From: Octopus vulgaris | Taxonomy: Eukaryota | Direction: 5' to 3' | NCBI GenBank assembly: GCA_951406725.2 | Contig: OX597833.1 | Location: 54,932,001 to 54,996,000 of the forward strand | Length of the DNA: 64,000 nt | In this document: positions 49,801 through 63,495 of the stretch, piece after piece | Layout of the letters: every line of letters begins with the position of its first letter | How positions within the stretch are numbered: the stretch's first letter is position 1 | The notes under the pieces: model-generated | What the model was told of the DNA's origin: nothing | Database searches by the model: none | The model's input: the letters and a program-made list of their open reading frames with translations, nothing else | Translations under genes and position numbers: made by a program

Positions 49801-50769
49801 GTATGTACCTATATATATGTTTTGCTGTTCAAATTTAACTATGGATCTTGGCTGCAGTAATCTTTTCACTTTTCTGAATAGCGATGGCAGTAGGATAGAT
49901 ATGTGGTCTGTTGTAGTGCAGATTGCGATAACATTATTATTCATATGTTAGGATGTTGTGTGTGTGTGTGTAATATTAGGATAGTTAATTCATTCATAAT
50001 TTCTCTCGCTACTGCTGCTTGCTATACATTTTTATTCTTTCATATTGGCATGGATGGAATGGTCTTTACAGATTTGAATATCTGAATAATTGTAGTTAGT
50101 TTCTATAGCTGAATGTCCATATTGGGACATCACGTCAACTAATTATTGACACCTTCATCATCATTATCATCGTCACCACCACTACCACTGCCAACACCAC
50201 CACCACTGCCAACACCACCACCACTGCTACCACCATAAAAATCATTATTACTATTATCTTCATTAATGTTAGGGAGACTAGTTGGCAGAATTGTTTGAGT
50301 ATAGGAAACAAAACAATACTTTGTGGCATTTCTTTTGGATCCTGGCATTCTGAGTTCAAATCCCATCAAGTTCAACTTTGCATTTCACCATGACATGTTG
50401 TTAAAATGGTACAATGCATTTTTGCCAGCTGAGTGGAATTGAGCAATGTGAAAAAAAAAAAAGGTTCTTGCTGAAGGTCATCACATGCCACAGGGAATTG
50501 AACTCACAACCATGCAATCATGAGCTGAATACTCTTACCACTTTGCCACATGCCTTCGGTAGTCATGTAGCTCCTCAACCAAGAGAACCTGCTTCCCCGG
50601 CTGCTCATACATTAACACCTCATCTCCTAACATAAAGCTGCCCTACCTCACCCTTCACCTTGGATTACAACTCTGGATCCAAGAAAGCACCTGTAGAAAT
50701 GACAGTCAAATCACCTATGGATGTTAAATGATGGTGATGATGTGTGTGTGTGCTTGATTACTAAATCTG

Positions 50770-50941
50770 CAAGTTTTGTTTTTGCCATTATCTCTCTGTT
50801 TATTTTTTCTTAGTCCTTTCTGTTGAAGAGCATAGGCTCGAAACATGAAAGACTTTTTCATTTTCCCAAGCATCAAACTAATACACCTGATTGTTGTTTA
50901 TACACCTGCCTTCATCTTTTGTTTTTCTATAAATTTCAACT
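50770..50941 (+). mobile_element. Small repeat with an HHR-like motif (50813-50853), next to (TA)n
   Basis: GTCCTTT CTGTTGA A GAGC-ATAG-GCTC GAAA CA TG AAAGAC; A6 and the cleavage triplet deviate from consensus. Confidence 0.5.
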
Positions 50942-50968
50942 TTGCATACATACATGCATATATATATT

Positions 50969-51006
<38 letters not shown>

Positions 51007-51045
51007 TGTATACATATATATATATACACATACACATGTATACAT

Positions 51046-51080
<35 letters not shown>

Positions 51081-51103
51081 CACATACATACACATGTATA
51101 CAT

Positions 51104-51140
<37 letters not shown>

Positions 51141-51894
51141 GTATATTTAGCATATCACCACACTCAACCCAAGAAGTAACCTTTAGGAATGACATCCAGA
51201 TCACCCTTTTACTGTACTGAAGAAAAAAACAAAAAAAATAAATAGAGATCACTGCTGGAACGCTTTTGATCAGAGCTGAGTTGGGCCTAAACAACAATAT
51301 TATAGCATTTGCTAAGTTTTAAAGCCATGTGAGGAACAGTTTATTAGTAAAATGATTTAGACTCATAACATAAAAATCATCATTCTTCTGCCTCCTCTTC
51401 CTGTCTATCTCTCCTCTATTTTTCAGACCCAAAACCTGAACTCTCACTCCAAGAATTGCAAAGGTCCTAACCCTTTGCTTTTGTGTGAGCCACTCTTCTC
51501 TGATAAATGTTTTGCTCATAGTTTCAGAACTTTCTGGACGCCACATAATGAATAATAATAGCAGTGGTTTTATTATTTTAAAGCTATTTTCCGGGATTGT
51601 GTGTGTGTTTTTTTTTTTTTTGGTTTTTTTTTTTGAAAAAAAAATAATAAAACTGCATCATTTTTCTTTCTTTCTTTCTTTCTACATCTAGAAAGTTCTT
51701 CAGTTATATATTTCTCTGTGTACTTTGCAATAGAGCAATCTTTATAGGTTTAAATTGAGTTTGTTTGACACCATCTATAGGTAGATTTGTTTATTTGTGC
51801 AGTTTATCCAATAACCCAAAGTCATTTTCTTTAGTCAGTTGGTGTTCGGTAAAATAATACAATGAGATAGATAGACAAAGACAGATAGAAAAAT

Positions 51895-51926
<32 letters not shown>

Positions 51927-52409
51927 TGAGTAGATTTTTAATGCTTTTTTCTTTATTTTTTAAAATGTTACTTCTATAAGCATTACAATTCTTATATGTG
52001 GCTTGTGTAAGAAATAATTGGTCAAATTCCATTTTGCTCTTCCTACTTTCTCAGTGTTCTCACTCTCACCCATTCTCCCTTTATATATATATATGTATAT
52101 ACGTAGCTCTCTCTTTCTCTCTCCATGCACAAACTTTATTTCTGACATGTAAACTACGCTGCTACATCAGAGTAATTCACGGTTCACCTCAAAACTACAT
52201 TCCTCTGATAAATGTTATCTGCAAACAAATGTTTTCTAAATTTGATTGAATTCTGAATTCTTCACCCTCCAATGTCTTGAAGTTAAAATAAACTTGTTTT
52301 AGAAAAAAAAAAAAAATTTTTTTTTCCAGAAAACTTTAGATCCTCCTCCTCCTTCCTCTCCACAAAATCTAACAAAACAACCAACCAACTAAATACATAA
52401 AGAAGGGAT

Positions 52410-52440
<31 letters not shown>

Positions 52441-52806
52441 GGTGGTATTGGTAGTGGGGGTAGAGGTGGTAGAAAGTCAATACATGATGGAGTTGTTTGA
52501 AAAAGGTCATTCATTTCACCAGGTTCTTAATTCAATTTGTAAAAGTTTACCTACTATTTCAATGTTGGTTTTAAGTGGTTCACATTTCTCAAACCAAAAT
52601 TCTACTTAAATTAAACTTTTGTATATCATTTTACATGGCACAGATAAAAATAATGGTTAATATACAGGCCTTGTGTGAGCTGAACATTTATGTGAATGTG
52701 ATGAGAGAGAGAGAGAGGGAGAGAGAAAGAAGGGCACTGATGTTGTTATGGTTTGGCCAATCTGGATATATAACCAAAGAACTCAATTTTAGGAGATGTG
52801 GTGATT

Positions 52807-53111
52807 CACCAATGGAGAAGTTCTTAAGCAGATAAGGCCGAAAATGTCGCTAGAAGATGGGATCACCAAGCGTAGATTGGCATATTTCAGTCATATTATG
52901 TGAGAGAATCCCTGGAGAAGGACATCATGCTTGGAATGGTCAGTGGCAAGAGAGGAAGAGGCCGACCAAGAACCTGCTGGCTTGACACCATCAGGAGTGA
53001 TACCGGAATGGACATGGCCAGTCTGAAGGAAGCGGCTCAGGATAGAACTGACTGGAGGACACTGATCCAATGAGTGACCGAGAGTCGACTTTGACTGAGC
53101 GGATAGAGAGA
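52807..53111 (+). mobile_element. 5'-truncated RTE (BovB-like) LINE fragment
   Basis: TNGEVLKQI..LAYFSHIM / SLEKDIMLGMVSGKRGRGRPRTCWLD..AQDRTDWR; 7-bp TSD GGTGATT. Confidence 0.85.
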
Positions 53112-53372
53112 GGTGATTTGCTGACCTGGGTAAGGCTCATCAACCTAAGTAAAGTCTACATGTACAGGCTTCTCTTTTCAGGTGCTCGTGCCACTTAAAA
53201 AGCACCTGTACCAGTGCTGCATTGACACACCCATGCCAGTGGCGTGTAAAAAGCACCAGGCAAAAGAGGCCGATGGGATAAGTACTAGGCTTACAAAGGA
53301 GATGATTTGTTCGAATAAAGGCAGTGCTCCAGCATGGCTGCAATCAAATGACAAGCAAATAAATGAATAAAA

Positions 53373-53426
<54 letters not shown>

Positions 53427-54226
53427 GAACAGACGTTAAATAATGACGATCACACTTGGCTCCATTATAAGGATTTTGCCTCCTTTCCTTCTCTGTAGAG
53501 TTTTGAATTTTTTCAATTTACTTGATAAATTGTCTTTGCGGGTGTCTTTGTCTTGCGCTCTTCCTTACACAAAGGCACATCAACTTTTTGTTTGCTTCAG
53601 TCAACCTAAAGGAAACCCCCCCGTTTTAACAGTTGAATGATTGGTGCTATAAAGTTACTTGACTGAAAACCATCTGCTTCGACAATTCAAGCAAATATCT
53701 TAAATTACTGAACCATGTTTAATACAGAAAAGCAAATATAATTTTGGTTTTGTGTATGCAGCATAATCCAGTAATGTACACTGTGTTGTTGTTTTTTTTA
53801 ATTCCTCCTCAGTCTCCCCTCATATACCTCTATACAGAAACTTGTTGATGCATTAGCAAATGATGTCATTGGAATTATACTCCTTGATCTTTATTCTTTG
53901 AAAAAAAAATTACATTTTTTTTTCTCTTAGTCAAAAATTAAATGTTTTCACTTATACTTAACTGTTGTCTTGTCTTCTAACCTTAGCAACTAACTCACTT
54001 CTTCTGTTTGTAAGTTTCCTTATGAAAACCATGTGGCTGTGTGGTTAGGGTATTCGGCTCAAGGTTACAAAGTCTTGAGTTCAATACTTGGCAGGGTGTT
54101 GTGTCCTTGTGCATGTCTCACAAGAGACAATTGGGGTCTGGACAAGCTCCCTGATAGCCAGCTCCATGTCAAACTGTCCAACCCATGCTAGCATGGAAAG
54201 CAGGTGTTAAACAATGATGATGATTT

Positions 54227-54612
54227 GGCTGTGTGGTAAGTAGCTTGCTTACCAACCACTGCATGGCATCTTCGGCATGTCTTCTACTATAGCCTCGGGC
54301 CGACCAAAGCCTTGTGAGCGGATTTGGTAGACGGAAACTGAAAGAAGCCCATCACATATATATATATATGTATATGTGTGTGTGTGTGTGTATATGTTTG
54401 TGTGTTTGTGTTTGTTCCCCCAACATTGCTTGACAACCGATGATGGTGTGTTTACGTCCCCGTAACTTAGCGGTTCGGCAAAAGAGACCGATAGAATAAG
54501 TACTAGGCTTACAAAGAATAAGTCCCGTGGTCGATTTGCTCAACTAAAGGTGGTGCTCCAGCATGGCCACAGTCAAATGACTGAAACAAGTAAGAGAGTA
54601 AAAAGAGTAAAG
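54227..54612 (+). mobile_element. SINE head A / tail 1
   Basis: Family match with an internal deletion in the head. Confidence 0.85.
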
Positions 54613-55225
54613 AAAGTAATTCATCGACCATAAATTTTAAAAACAAAATCTTACTTGGACCCCAAACCACCCCGACTGCCGGATCCTATGGGCCCCTGGT
54701 TGAGAACCACTGATGTAAAAAAAAAAAGAATATTCATGTGTCCTAGAATATTTTTACGGGAGTAGAGACAAGAAACAAGTTTCAGTTGACAAAGTATGCA
54801 ACCCCCACCCCACCCCCATTTCCTCTCCCCCACCACCCCACACCATCCCAAATGCCGTAAACCTCCTTCCGTTCCTCTCTCGGCAAGCTGTAGTATTACA
54901 CTCTATTGAACTAGATATAAATTAGTTGTTTTAATTGTTGAGGAATAAATGATTATTCTGATATGAATATGCAAAACGTCTTTTCCCTTTTCTGCTCTTT
55001 CCGTTTCTTTTCTTTTCTTTTTTTTTTCTTGTTAATTATTCTACACAATGATTGAAGAATTACTTGACCTATTTTGACATTTTTAATTAAACAGAATATC
55101 GCTCTAAGGGCATCCATTCTTCTCTAACTTTTTATCTCTGTCTTCATTTTTCACTCACTTTCTTTTTCTCTTTCTCTATCTGTCTGTCTCTGTCAGTTTA
55201 TCTGTCTGTCTCTCTCTCTCTCACA

Positions 55226-55280
<55 letters not shown>

Positions 55281-55841
55281 AAATAAAACTGACAATGCTG
55301 GATTACATCTTAGCACTGTCTTGTCTTGGAGTGACATTGTTGTTGATAGATGTTTCCTTTTCGTTCTGATGTGGGGGGGGGGGGGGTATTCTTTTCCATT
55401 CTATACAGCACAAAGGTCTAAAACATGAGGGTTGAGCCAATGAGAGTGCAGTTGTGTGGTCACTTCAACCAGCTGGCTTGAAGTAACAACCAGATCTCCC
55501 TCAGTTCAGACCCTCTTGCCAGGGTTAAAAAAAAACAACAGCAAAAAAAACAAAAAAACCTAACAAATCCAAAAACAAAATGGTGATATTGAATTATGTA
55601 GACCTGGATAGAATATGATTCAGTAATAAAAGGAGATGGTCACAGCTGGAATGGCTTCCTGGCAGACCAGGAGTTCTTCAACAATAATAAATATAATGGT
55701 TTCAACCAGGCTATTACAATTATTTTGCACGTAATTAACAAACAATTAGATGTTCTCAGAATTTGAATTCTTCAGCTGCGTCTTTGCTTATGTAATGTTG
55801 CAAAGTAAAACTACTGTCTATGCCTCCTCCATAAGCCAGGT

Positions 55842-56146
55842 GTGGAGGCACATGGCCTAGTGGTTAGAACAGTGGACTTGCAGTCGAGGGATCGCAGGTT
55901 CGAATCCCAGACCGGGTGATGTATGTGTCTATGAGTGAAACACCTAAGCTCCACGCGAGTCTGGTAGAAAGTAATGGCAAACTTCTGCTGACTCTTTCGC
56001 CACAACTTTCTCTCACTCTTTCCTCCTGCATCTTGCAGCTCACCTGCGACGGACTGGTGTCCCATCCAGGTGGGGGACCTATACGCCAAGGAAACCGAGA
56101 AACCAGCTCTTATGAGCCAGGCATGGCTTGAGTAGGAATACATCAC
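55842..56146 (+). mobile_element. SINE head D, tail D1
   Basis: 9-bp TSD AAGCCAGGT; B-box GGTTCGAATCC. Confidence 0.9.
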
Positions 56147-56441
56147 AAGCCAGGTTCCCTGCATGCTATGGCATATAGATTACCCCACTGGATAGGGTGT
56201 CAGGGCATCACAGGATTATTCATTTTTGCAAGCTCAGTGCACTGGAATAATGTGAGTACAACTGGTCCTGGAATCAAGACCATCTTGCAATCGTGAGTGA
56301 ACGCCCTAACCACTAAGCCTTGTGCATCCACACAGCTTTTACTTACTTAGGGCTAAACCCTTGGTCTCCATAACTGACTGGATCTAATAAAGGATATAAG
56401 CTAGGTTTTGTTAGCTTAATTATTTGAAAACTGAATGGAAC

Positions 56442-56471
<30 letters not shown>

Positions 56472-56474
<3 letters not shown>

Positions 56475-56775
56475 GAGGCGCAATGGCCCAGTGGTTAGGG
56501 CAGCGGGCTTGGGGTTGTAGGATCGCGGTTTTGATTTCCAGACAGGGTGTTGTGAGTGTTTATTGAGTGAAAACACCTAAAACTCCACGATGCTCCAGCA
56601 GGAGGTGGTGGTGATCCCTACTGTACTCTTTCGCCACAACTTTCTCTCGCTCTTTCTTCTGTTAGCCTGCTCGCTTAGCCAGCGTTGTGGCGTCATTTGA
56701 AGGCTAAAACAATGCGAAGCGCGTTGTGACCAGCGATGTGTAGCAACATCTGATAGCCTGGTCGGTCACGGTGAT
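56472..56775 (+). mobile_element. SINE head D, tail D2
   Basis: Matches the reverse complement of 27092-27401. Confidence 0.85.
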
Positions 56776-57533
56776 ATATATTTACATACAGTAATCCGTT
56801 ATCATATCATGGTTCATCTATTGCAGTTTATTAATATATATATATGTACTTCTAATATAAGAATAAAATTTTATCAAAAAATGTCATCAGTGGCCAGCAT
56901 ATGAAAAATACCTTTTAAGGTGAAAATTATACAATTATAAATAAGGGCAAAAAGAAAAAAAATTTTTTAGGCCAATATGCTGAAAAATAGATGCTAAAGC
57001 GTTTAATTTTCAGCATATTGGCAAAGAAAATGTTTTATTTTTGCCCTTATTTGTATACATCTATATGTATATATCTATATATATATATGTATGTATATAT
57101 CTATCTATGTGTATGTATATAAAACATTGAATGAAAACACTGCCAATATCATTGTCTTAGCTACAACTTTTCTCTATTTTCATGGGTTAGACAAGATATT
57201 TGTTGGGGCAGATTTTCTATGGCCCAATGCTCTTCACATTGCCAATCCTTTACCTGTTTTCATGTAACATAATATTCTCCCCACACCCCATCTAGATATG
57301 CTTTTGTGGAAGCTTAGCAAACAAAATAGCACTACGTGCATGATTGTGATTTTTTTGTTTGTTTACAGTTCATGCATGATGTTGAAACAAAAGAAAGCGC
57401 ACCCTTTCCTCTCACACATATACACATGCACACCCATACAATGGGCTTTTCAATTTCTGCCTCCCAAATTCACTCACGAAGCTTTTGTTCGGCTCATTAC
57501 GAAAGTAGAAGACAATTGCTCATGGTACTGAAA

Positions 57534-58136
57534 GGCGGTGAGCTGGCAGAAACGTTAGGACGCCGGGCGAAATGTGTAGCCGTATTTTATCTGCTGTTAT
57601 GTTCTGAGTTCAAATTCCGCCGAGGTCGACTTTGCCTTTCATCCTTTCGGGGTCGATTAAATAAGTATCAGTTACACACTGGGGTCGATGTAATCGACTT
57701 AATCCATTTGTCTGTCCTTGTTTGTCCCCTCTATGTTTAGCCCCTTGTGGGTAGTAAAGAAATAGGTATTTCGTCTGCCGCTATGTTCTGAGTTCAAATT
57801 CCGCCGAGGTCGACTTTGCCTTTCATCCTTTCGGGGTCGATAAATGAAGTACCAGTTACGCACTGGGGTCGATGTGATCGACTTAATCCGTTTGTCTGTC
57901 CTTGTTTGTCCCCTCTGTGTTTAGCCCCTTGTGGGTAGTAAAGAAATAGGTATTTTGTCTGTCGTTACATTCTGAGTTCAAATTCCGCCGAGGTCGACTT
58001 TGCCTTTCATCCTTTCAGGGTCGATAAATTAAGTACCAGTTACGCACTGGGGTCGATGTAATCGACTTATTCCGTTTGTCTGTCCTTGTTTGTCTCCTCT
58101 GTGTTTAGCCCCTTGTGGGCAGTAAAGAAATAGGTA
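57534..58136 (+). mobile_element. SINE family B: one head plus three ~184-bp tandem body units
   Basis: Units 2 and 3 start GGTATTT at ~57765 and ~57949. Confidence 0.9.
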
Positions 58137-58995
58137 CTGTGCTGTGGGCTTGAACACAAACACCACATGGTTTCAAAGTGAACTTCTTAGCATTACCAAC
58201 TGTTTTTTTTTTTGTTTTATTGGAGTTGTGTTTCATTAAATTAATTTCTTTCTATTTTATCTGAAACCAAAGTGTAGAGCAATGTCGTGTGTGTGTGTGT
58301 GTGTGTTTGTGTGTGTGTGGCATTCATGTATGTAACAGCAACTTTCGATCTTGGAGTTCATTAACACCGTGTCTCTTATGTCTAGCAACCCTTTGTCCTA
58401 TTGTGATTTTCATTATTAACATGGACAATACTGATTATGAAAATTAAGCCAATTAAAATAAATTACCAGATTCAAATAAGGTTGAATGTCATTGGTTTAA
58501 TGTTTAAGGCTGAACTATGTATAATAATTTTGAGCAATACGTGAACTTTCTTATGTACGATAAAGAATTCTTAAAGATGTTATTGTGTTTGAACAGTCGG
58601 TTATTCAATAAACTTATTGGTGCAGAAGAAAGAATATAGAAGGACCTGTTTATAAATTTCATGCTTTGTTATTAATGTTAATATTAAGGTGGCAAGCTGG
58701 CAGGTTCGTTAGCGTGTCTGGTGAAATGCTTAGAAACATTTTGTCTGTCTACACCACATTCTCAGTTCAAATTATGCTGAGGTTGACTTCGCCTTTCATC
58801 CTCTCGGGTTTGATAAATTAAGTACCAGTGAGACACTGGGGGTCGATGTTTGTGACTCATCCCCTCCTGAAAAGTGGTTGCCCTTGTGGCAAAATTTGAG
58901 AACATTATTATTATTACTAAGAAGCAGGGAGCTGGCGGAACCGTTGGCATGTCCAAACAAGTAGGAATAGGTTTTTTCATTGCAAAAAACCTATT

Positions 58996-59040
58996 CCACT
59001 AGCCATATGCTTGTCTCAAAGCTTAAACCATGCAAGTGTA
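58996..59040 (+). pseudogene. Short fragment resembling the 5' end of 18S rRNA
   Basis: CCACTAGCCATATGCTTGTCTCAAAGCTTAAACCATGCAAGTGTA vs the remembered eukaryotic 18S start CCAGTAGTCATATGCTTGTCTCAAAGATTAAGCCATGCATGTCTA (39/45). Confidence 0.7.
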
Positions 59041-59507
59041 TATTTGAGTTCTGGCAGAATTGTTTGCCTCCGTTTTATATTAGATTTTTTTGCAAGGTGC
59101 CCTCACACCAAAGTTCTGTAGTGTATTTGTTTCAGTGTTTGTAGCTGCAAATTAATTTCAAGATCAACTGACTGGATTGTACCAGGAAAGGAACTTTAAG
59201 ACTGAAAGTCATTTGCATTCATGCAAATATTTAAATTTATTAAATTTATCGAACCAGCTAACCTAGTCTAGCATGAAAAGACAGGTGTAAAAGAATCCAA
59301 CATATCTGTATATTTAAGTAGTAGAAGTAGTAGTTGTAGTAGTAGTACTACTAGTAGTAGCTGCTGCTGCAGCAGTCATCAAGTATCTTTCAAGAATCCC
59401 CATGGAAGAGATATAAATTCGAAGCAACCAGGCAAAAAAAAAGAAATGGTTTAATCATTGCTTTAATTCAGACGTCAGTGGTTTTATTTTATTTTGTATA
59501 TTTTTTT

Positions 59508-59920
59508 GTCTTTTATTTGTTCCAGTCATTTGACCGTGACCATGTTGGGGCACCTCCTTGTTGAGTTTTAGTTGGGGAGATCGACCTCAGGACTTCTTTT
59601 TTTTTTAAACCGAGTACTTATTTTATCAGTTTCTTTTGTCAAGCTGCAAAGTTACAGGGACGTAAATACACCAATATAATACAATATAATATAAATACAC
59701 TAATACTGGTTGGCAATTGGTGATGGAGGACAAACACAGATACAAAAAGACACACACACATATACACACGCATACACAACAAACTTCTCTTAGTTTCCAT
59801 TTACCAAATTCACTCACAAGGCTTTGTTCAGCCTGAGACTATAGTAGAAGACACTTGCCCAAGGTGCTACACAGTGGGACTCCACCCAGAACCATGTGGT
59901 TTGGAAGCAAGCTTCTTACC
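59508..59920 (-). mobile_element. SINE head A / tail 1 (decayed)
   Basis: Family match. Confidence 0.75.
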
Positions 59921-60023
59921 AAATGACTAAGATTGCTTGTGTGATTTTGAAAGAATGAATTTCATATAAATGTGAGGTTGGTATCAAAAGGTTAAAAAAA
60001 AAAAAAATTCCACTAGGTTTACT

Positions 60024-60412
60024 AGTGGCTGTGTGGTAAGTAGCTTGCTTTCCAACCACATGGTTCTGGGTTGAGTCCCAATGCGTGGCACCTTGGGCAA
60101 GTGTCTTCTACTATAGCCTCTGGCCAGCCAAAGCCTTGTGAGTGGATTTGGTAGACAGAAACTGAAAGAAGCCCGTCGTGTATATGTATGTATATGTTTG
60201 TGTGTGTGTTTGTCCCCCCAGCATCGCTTGACAACCGATGCTGATGTGTTTACATCCCCGTAACTTAGCGGTTCGGCAAAAAAGGAAACCGATAGAATAA
60301 GTACTAGGCTTACGAAGAATAAGTCCTGGGGTCGATTTGCTCGACTAAAGGTGGTGCTCCAGCATGGCCACAGTCAAATGACTTAAACAAGTAAACGAGT
60401 AAAGAGAAAAGA
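60024..60412 (+). mobile_element. SINE head A / tail 1
   Basis: Family match. Confidence 0.85.
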
Positions 60413-60937
60413 GTAGGTTTTTCTTTTCTTCTCCCCCAAAACCGTTTTTTTTTTTTCAATTCCTGTACTTGAGAAAGATTGCATCATCAACAGTTGGAGA
60501 TTCTTATAATGTCGGCTCCGGCAGTGGGGGAATTATATGTATTTGTTGGTGTCCGTATATCTCCAGGGAGTATTGTTGTCTCAATCAGGTTCTTAAAGCA
60601 TGAGTGAACATGCTGAACGTCGGAAGGCTTTGTATGTCATATCGTCTGCACTGGTTGCCACTCTTGCATCACTAACAAAAGACAGTTTAATTCTTAACGG
60701 TTCAGTTCACCAAGCTATAAATAGCCAGCCACCGTATGACAAGGATGGCCAACAAGAGCACTTATATAATTAATTGTTCGCTATTTCAGTTGGTTGTTTC
60801 TGTTATGTAAATCCCCTGATAGATTTGTAGAAGATGCCAGGATATCATCCTAATATGTTTTCTCTTGAAACTTTGAATAGAATTAAAAGTTTTCTTTTCG
60901 TGTCAACCCACTGATTACTTACAGTTTACTGTACTGT

Positions 60938-61301
60938 GATGGATGGAAGCACTCCGTCGGTTACGACGACGAGGGTTCCGGTTGATCCGATCAACGGAAC
61001 AGCCTGCTCGTGAAATTAACGTGTAAGTGGCTGAGCATTCCACAGACACGTGTACCCTTAACGTAGTTCTCGGGGATATTCAGCGTGACACAGAGAGTGA
61101 CAAGGCTGGCCCTTTGAAATACAGGTACAACAGAAACAGGAAGTAAGAGTGAGAGAAAGAGTACAGCAGGGATCACCACCATCCCCTGCCGGATCCTCAT
61201 GGAGCTTTAGGTGTTTTCGCTCAATAAACACTCACAACGCCCGGTCTGGGAATCGAAACCGCGAGTCCGCTGCCCTAACCACTGGGCCATTGCACCTCCA
61301 C
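60938..61301 (-). mobile_element. SINE head D, tail D3
   Basis: Same head as D1/D2 with a different structured tail; TSD (AC)TGTACTGT. Confidence 0.85.
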
Positions 61302-61411
61302 TGTACTGTACTGTACTCAGTTGTTGACTCATTATTATTAAGGCGAATTGACAGAATTCTTACTGCTGTGAATGAAATTCTTAATGGCATTTTTTTTTTT
61401 TCTGGCTCTTT

Positions 61412-61772
61412 ACATCATCATCATCATTTTCATTTGGCGTCCGTTTTCCATGCTAGCATGGGTTGGACGGTTCAACATGGGTCTGTGAAGCTGGAAGGCT
61501 GCATCAGGCCCAGTCACATCTGGCAGTGTTTCTACGGCTGGATGCCCTTCCTAATGCCAACCACTCCGAGAGTGTAGTGGGTGCTTTTTACGTGCCACCG
61601 GCACAGGTGCCAGACGGAGCTGGCAAACAGCCACGAACGGATGGCGCTTTTACGTGTCACCGGCACGGAGGCCAGGCGAGGCTGGCAGCGGACACGAACG
61701 GATGATGCTTTTACGTGCCACCGGCACGGAGGCCAGACGGGGCGGCGCCGGCAATGGCCACGATCGGATGGT
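61412..61772 (-). mobile_element. RTE 3' UTR / SINE tail fragment
   Basis: Matches 17963-18260. Confidence 0.8.
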
Positions 61773-62216
61773 TCACTTATTCAAATTCTGTCAAGGTGAA
61801 CTTTGCCTTTCATCCTTTTGGGGTTGACGACGTAAGTACCAGTTGTGCTCTGCGGTTGTTATAAACGATGTTCCCTTCACCCAAAAACTTCACTCCTTGT
61901 CGACTGATGATGATGATAATGAAGATGATGATAATGATGATCATCATCATTTAACATCCGCTTTACATGCTAGCATGGGTTGGACGATTTGACTGAGGAC
62001 TGGTAAACCTGATGGCTGCACCAGGCTCCAATCTGATCTGGCTGAGTTTCCTTTCCCTTCAAAATTGTTGACCCTGTACAAGAATTTAGAAAGAATTGTT
62101 TAAATAGTATGGTTGCTCTTTCTGGCTGACTGTTTATTTAAACTTGCAAACCGATCTGGCTAATGATGGCATAAATATATGGATTGAAAAAAATGTTGAA
62201 ATAGAAAAAAAATTGT

Positions 62217-62647
62217 GTATCTTTTCGGTTTGAACAGCAGTTTTTAACATAATTTCTAAGTAACTAAAAAATTTTAAACTTCGTATACTGGTAGAATGTG
62301 TTTATAAAACATCTTTTTCTCTTGGCTTTATTGAGAAAATTCTATAGTTTGTAAGATATTTGTTGCTTTTTTTCTTCAATTTCTGCAATTTCAACCAATC
62401 AATGATGTCCATTGAGGTAAAAAAACATTCTGTGTCATATGAATATGTCCCTCGTTAAAGAAACAGATTGGGTTTATTTACATTTGTGAAGAAAAGAAAG
62501 ATACCCTTACCCCCACCCCTAACCCTAACGAACCCTAACTAATCCAAACCCTAAAACAGATTGAAATGCAATAGATCAATAATAATTATGGGTGACAATT
62601 TCATATGACACCGCTAGAAAAAACTGCCGTTCAAACCGAAAAGATCC
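62217..62647. mobile_element. MITE with GGATC TIRs and 8-bp TSD (Merlin-like)
   Basis: Perfect TSD AAAATTGT (62209-62216/62648-62655). Confidence 0.9.
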
Positions 62648-63495
62648 AAAATTGTTATAACATTTGAAGAATTTAAACAATTAAAAGTCATTTTGGTAAC
62701 GAGGCTGGTCTTGTTATGTAAAGTAGTGCAATCAGTTATGTTCAAACACAGATTATGTGGAGACAGCTAGTTAAATGTGTAAGAGCAATCAGTTAGAATT
62801 CTTTTCCGTGAGTTTAGTGTTCTTGGTTGTATGTGATTCTTATTCTGAGAATTTTGAATGAGATTCTAAGCTGTTACACAGAAGTTGCGTAATTTGACTG
62901 ATTGCAGAGAATTTCCCCTCTGTTTTTCAGTTTTTCTTGTTTGTGACGATATTTGCTTGCATGAAGGATTACATTTGCCATAATAACAATAAATTAAATT
63001 AAAGATAAATTTTAAAGTTGGTGGCATCTGCCAAATTTCAAATGAAAAATATTTGTTTTTACCCCCGAAAAAAAAACCCCCACTGAAAATGAAACAAAAA
63101 TAAGTTTTCTTTTAATAATATCAAACTTGGATTGTCACTAAGTGATTTTTGTTTCTGGTTTGGAAATATTACTTCTGGTGGCCTTTTTGTTCTTTCACAC
63201 ATTTGTCACATTAGATTGGTTGAGACTGTCTTGGCGTTGGTCTGTTTCGTTAATTAATGTCGTAGGTGGACAGTAACAATTGTAATTAAATCTCAACTGT
63301 TCACCATGACCTGATCACATGATGGAATGTTAACAACTATTTTGGGGAAAATATTGGAATTTCTGAGGATTGTTAGCTGATCCTTATACACCGACAAATT
63401 GTTACAAACCTGGGTTTCAGTCCCACCATGTCATACCTTGGTCTTACCATATTCTGCTTTAGTCACAGGTTGACCAAAGCATTGTGATTGGATTT

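Noticed and set aside
51427-51555. Possible exon after a TTTTTCAG acceptor
   Set aside because: Weak donor and no recognisable protein.
56935-57057. Imperfect AT-rich hairpin as a miRNA precursor
   Set aside because: It is low-complexity and adjacent to a decayed DNA-transposon-like end, so it is more likely a MITE remnant.
60455-60870. Coding-looking unique tract
   Set aside because: Stops occur in the minus-strand frames I translated, the ORF track has no ORF here and no motif was recognised.
60960-61020. HHR-like ACGACGA...CTCGTGAAA in the D3 tail
   Set aside because: Position 3 is not C/U, and no stem I or III can be formed; it is better explained as a SINE tail hairpin.
62515-62555. 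CCCTAA repeats as an interstitial telomere
   Set aside because: They are an internal part of the MITE, present in all four copies.
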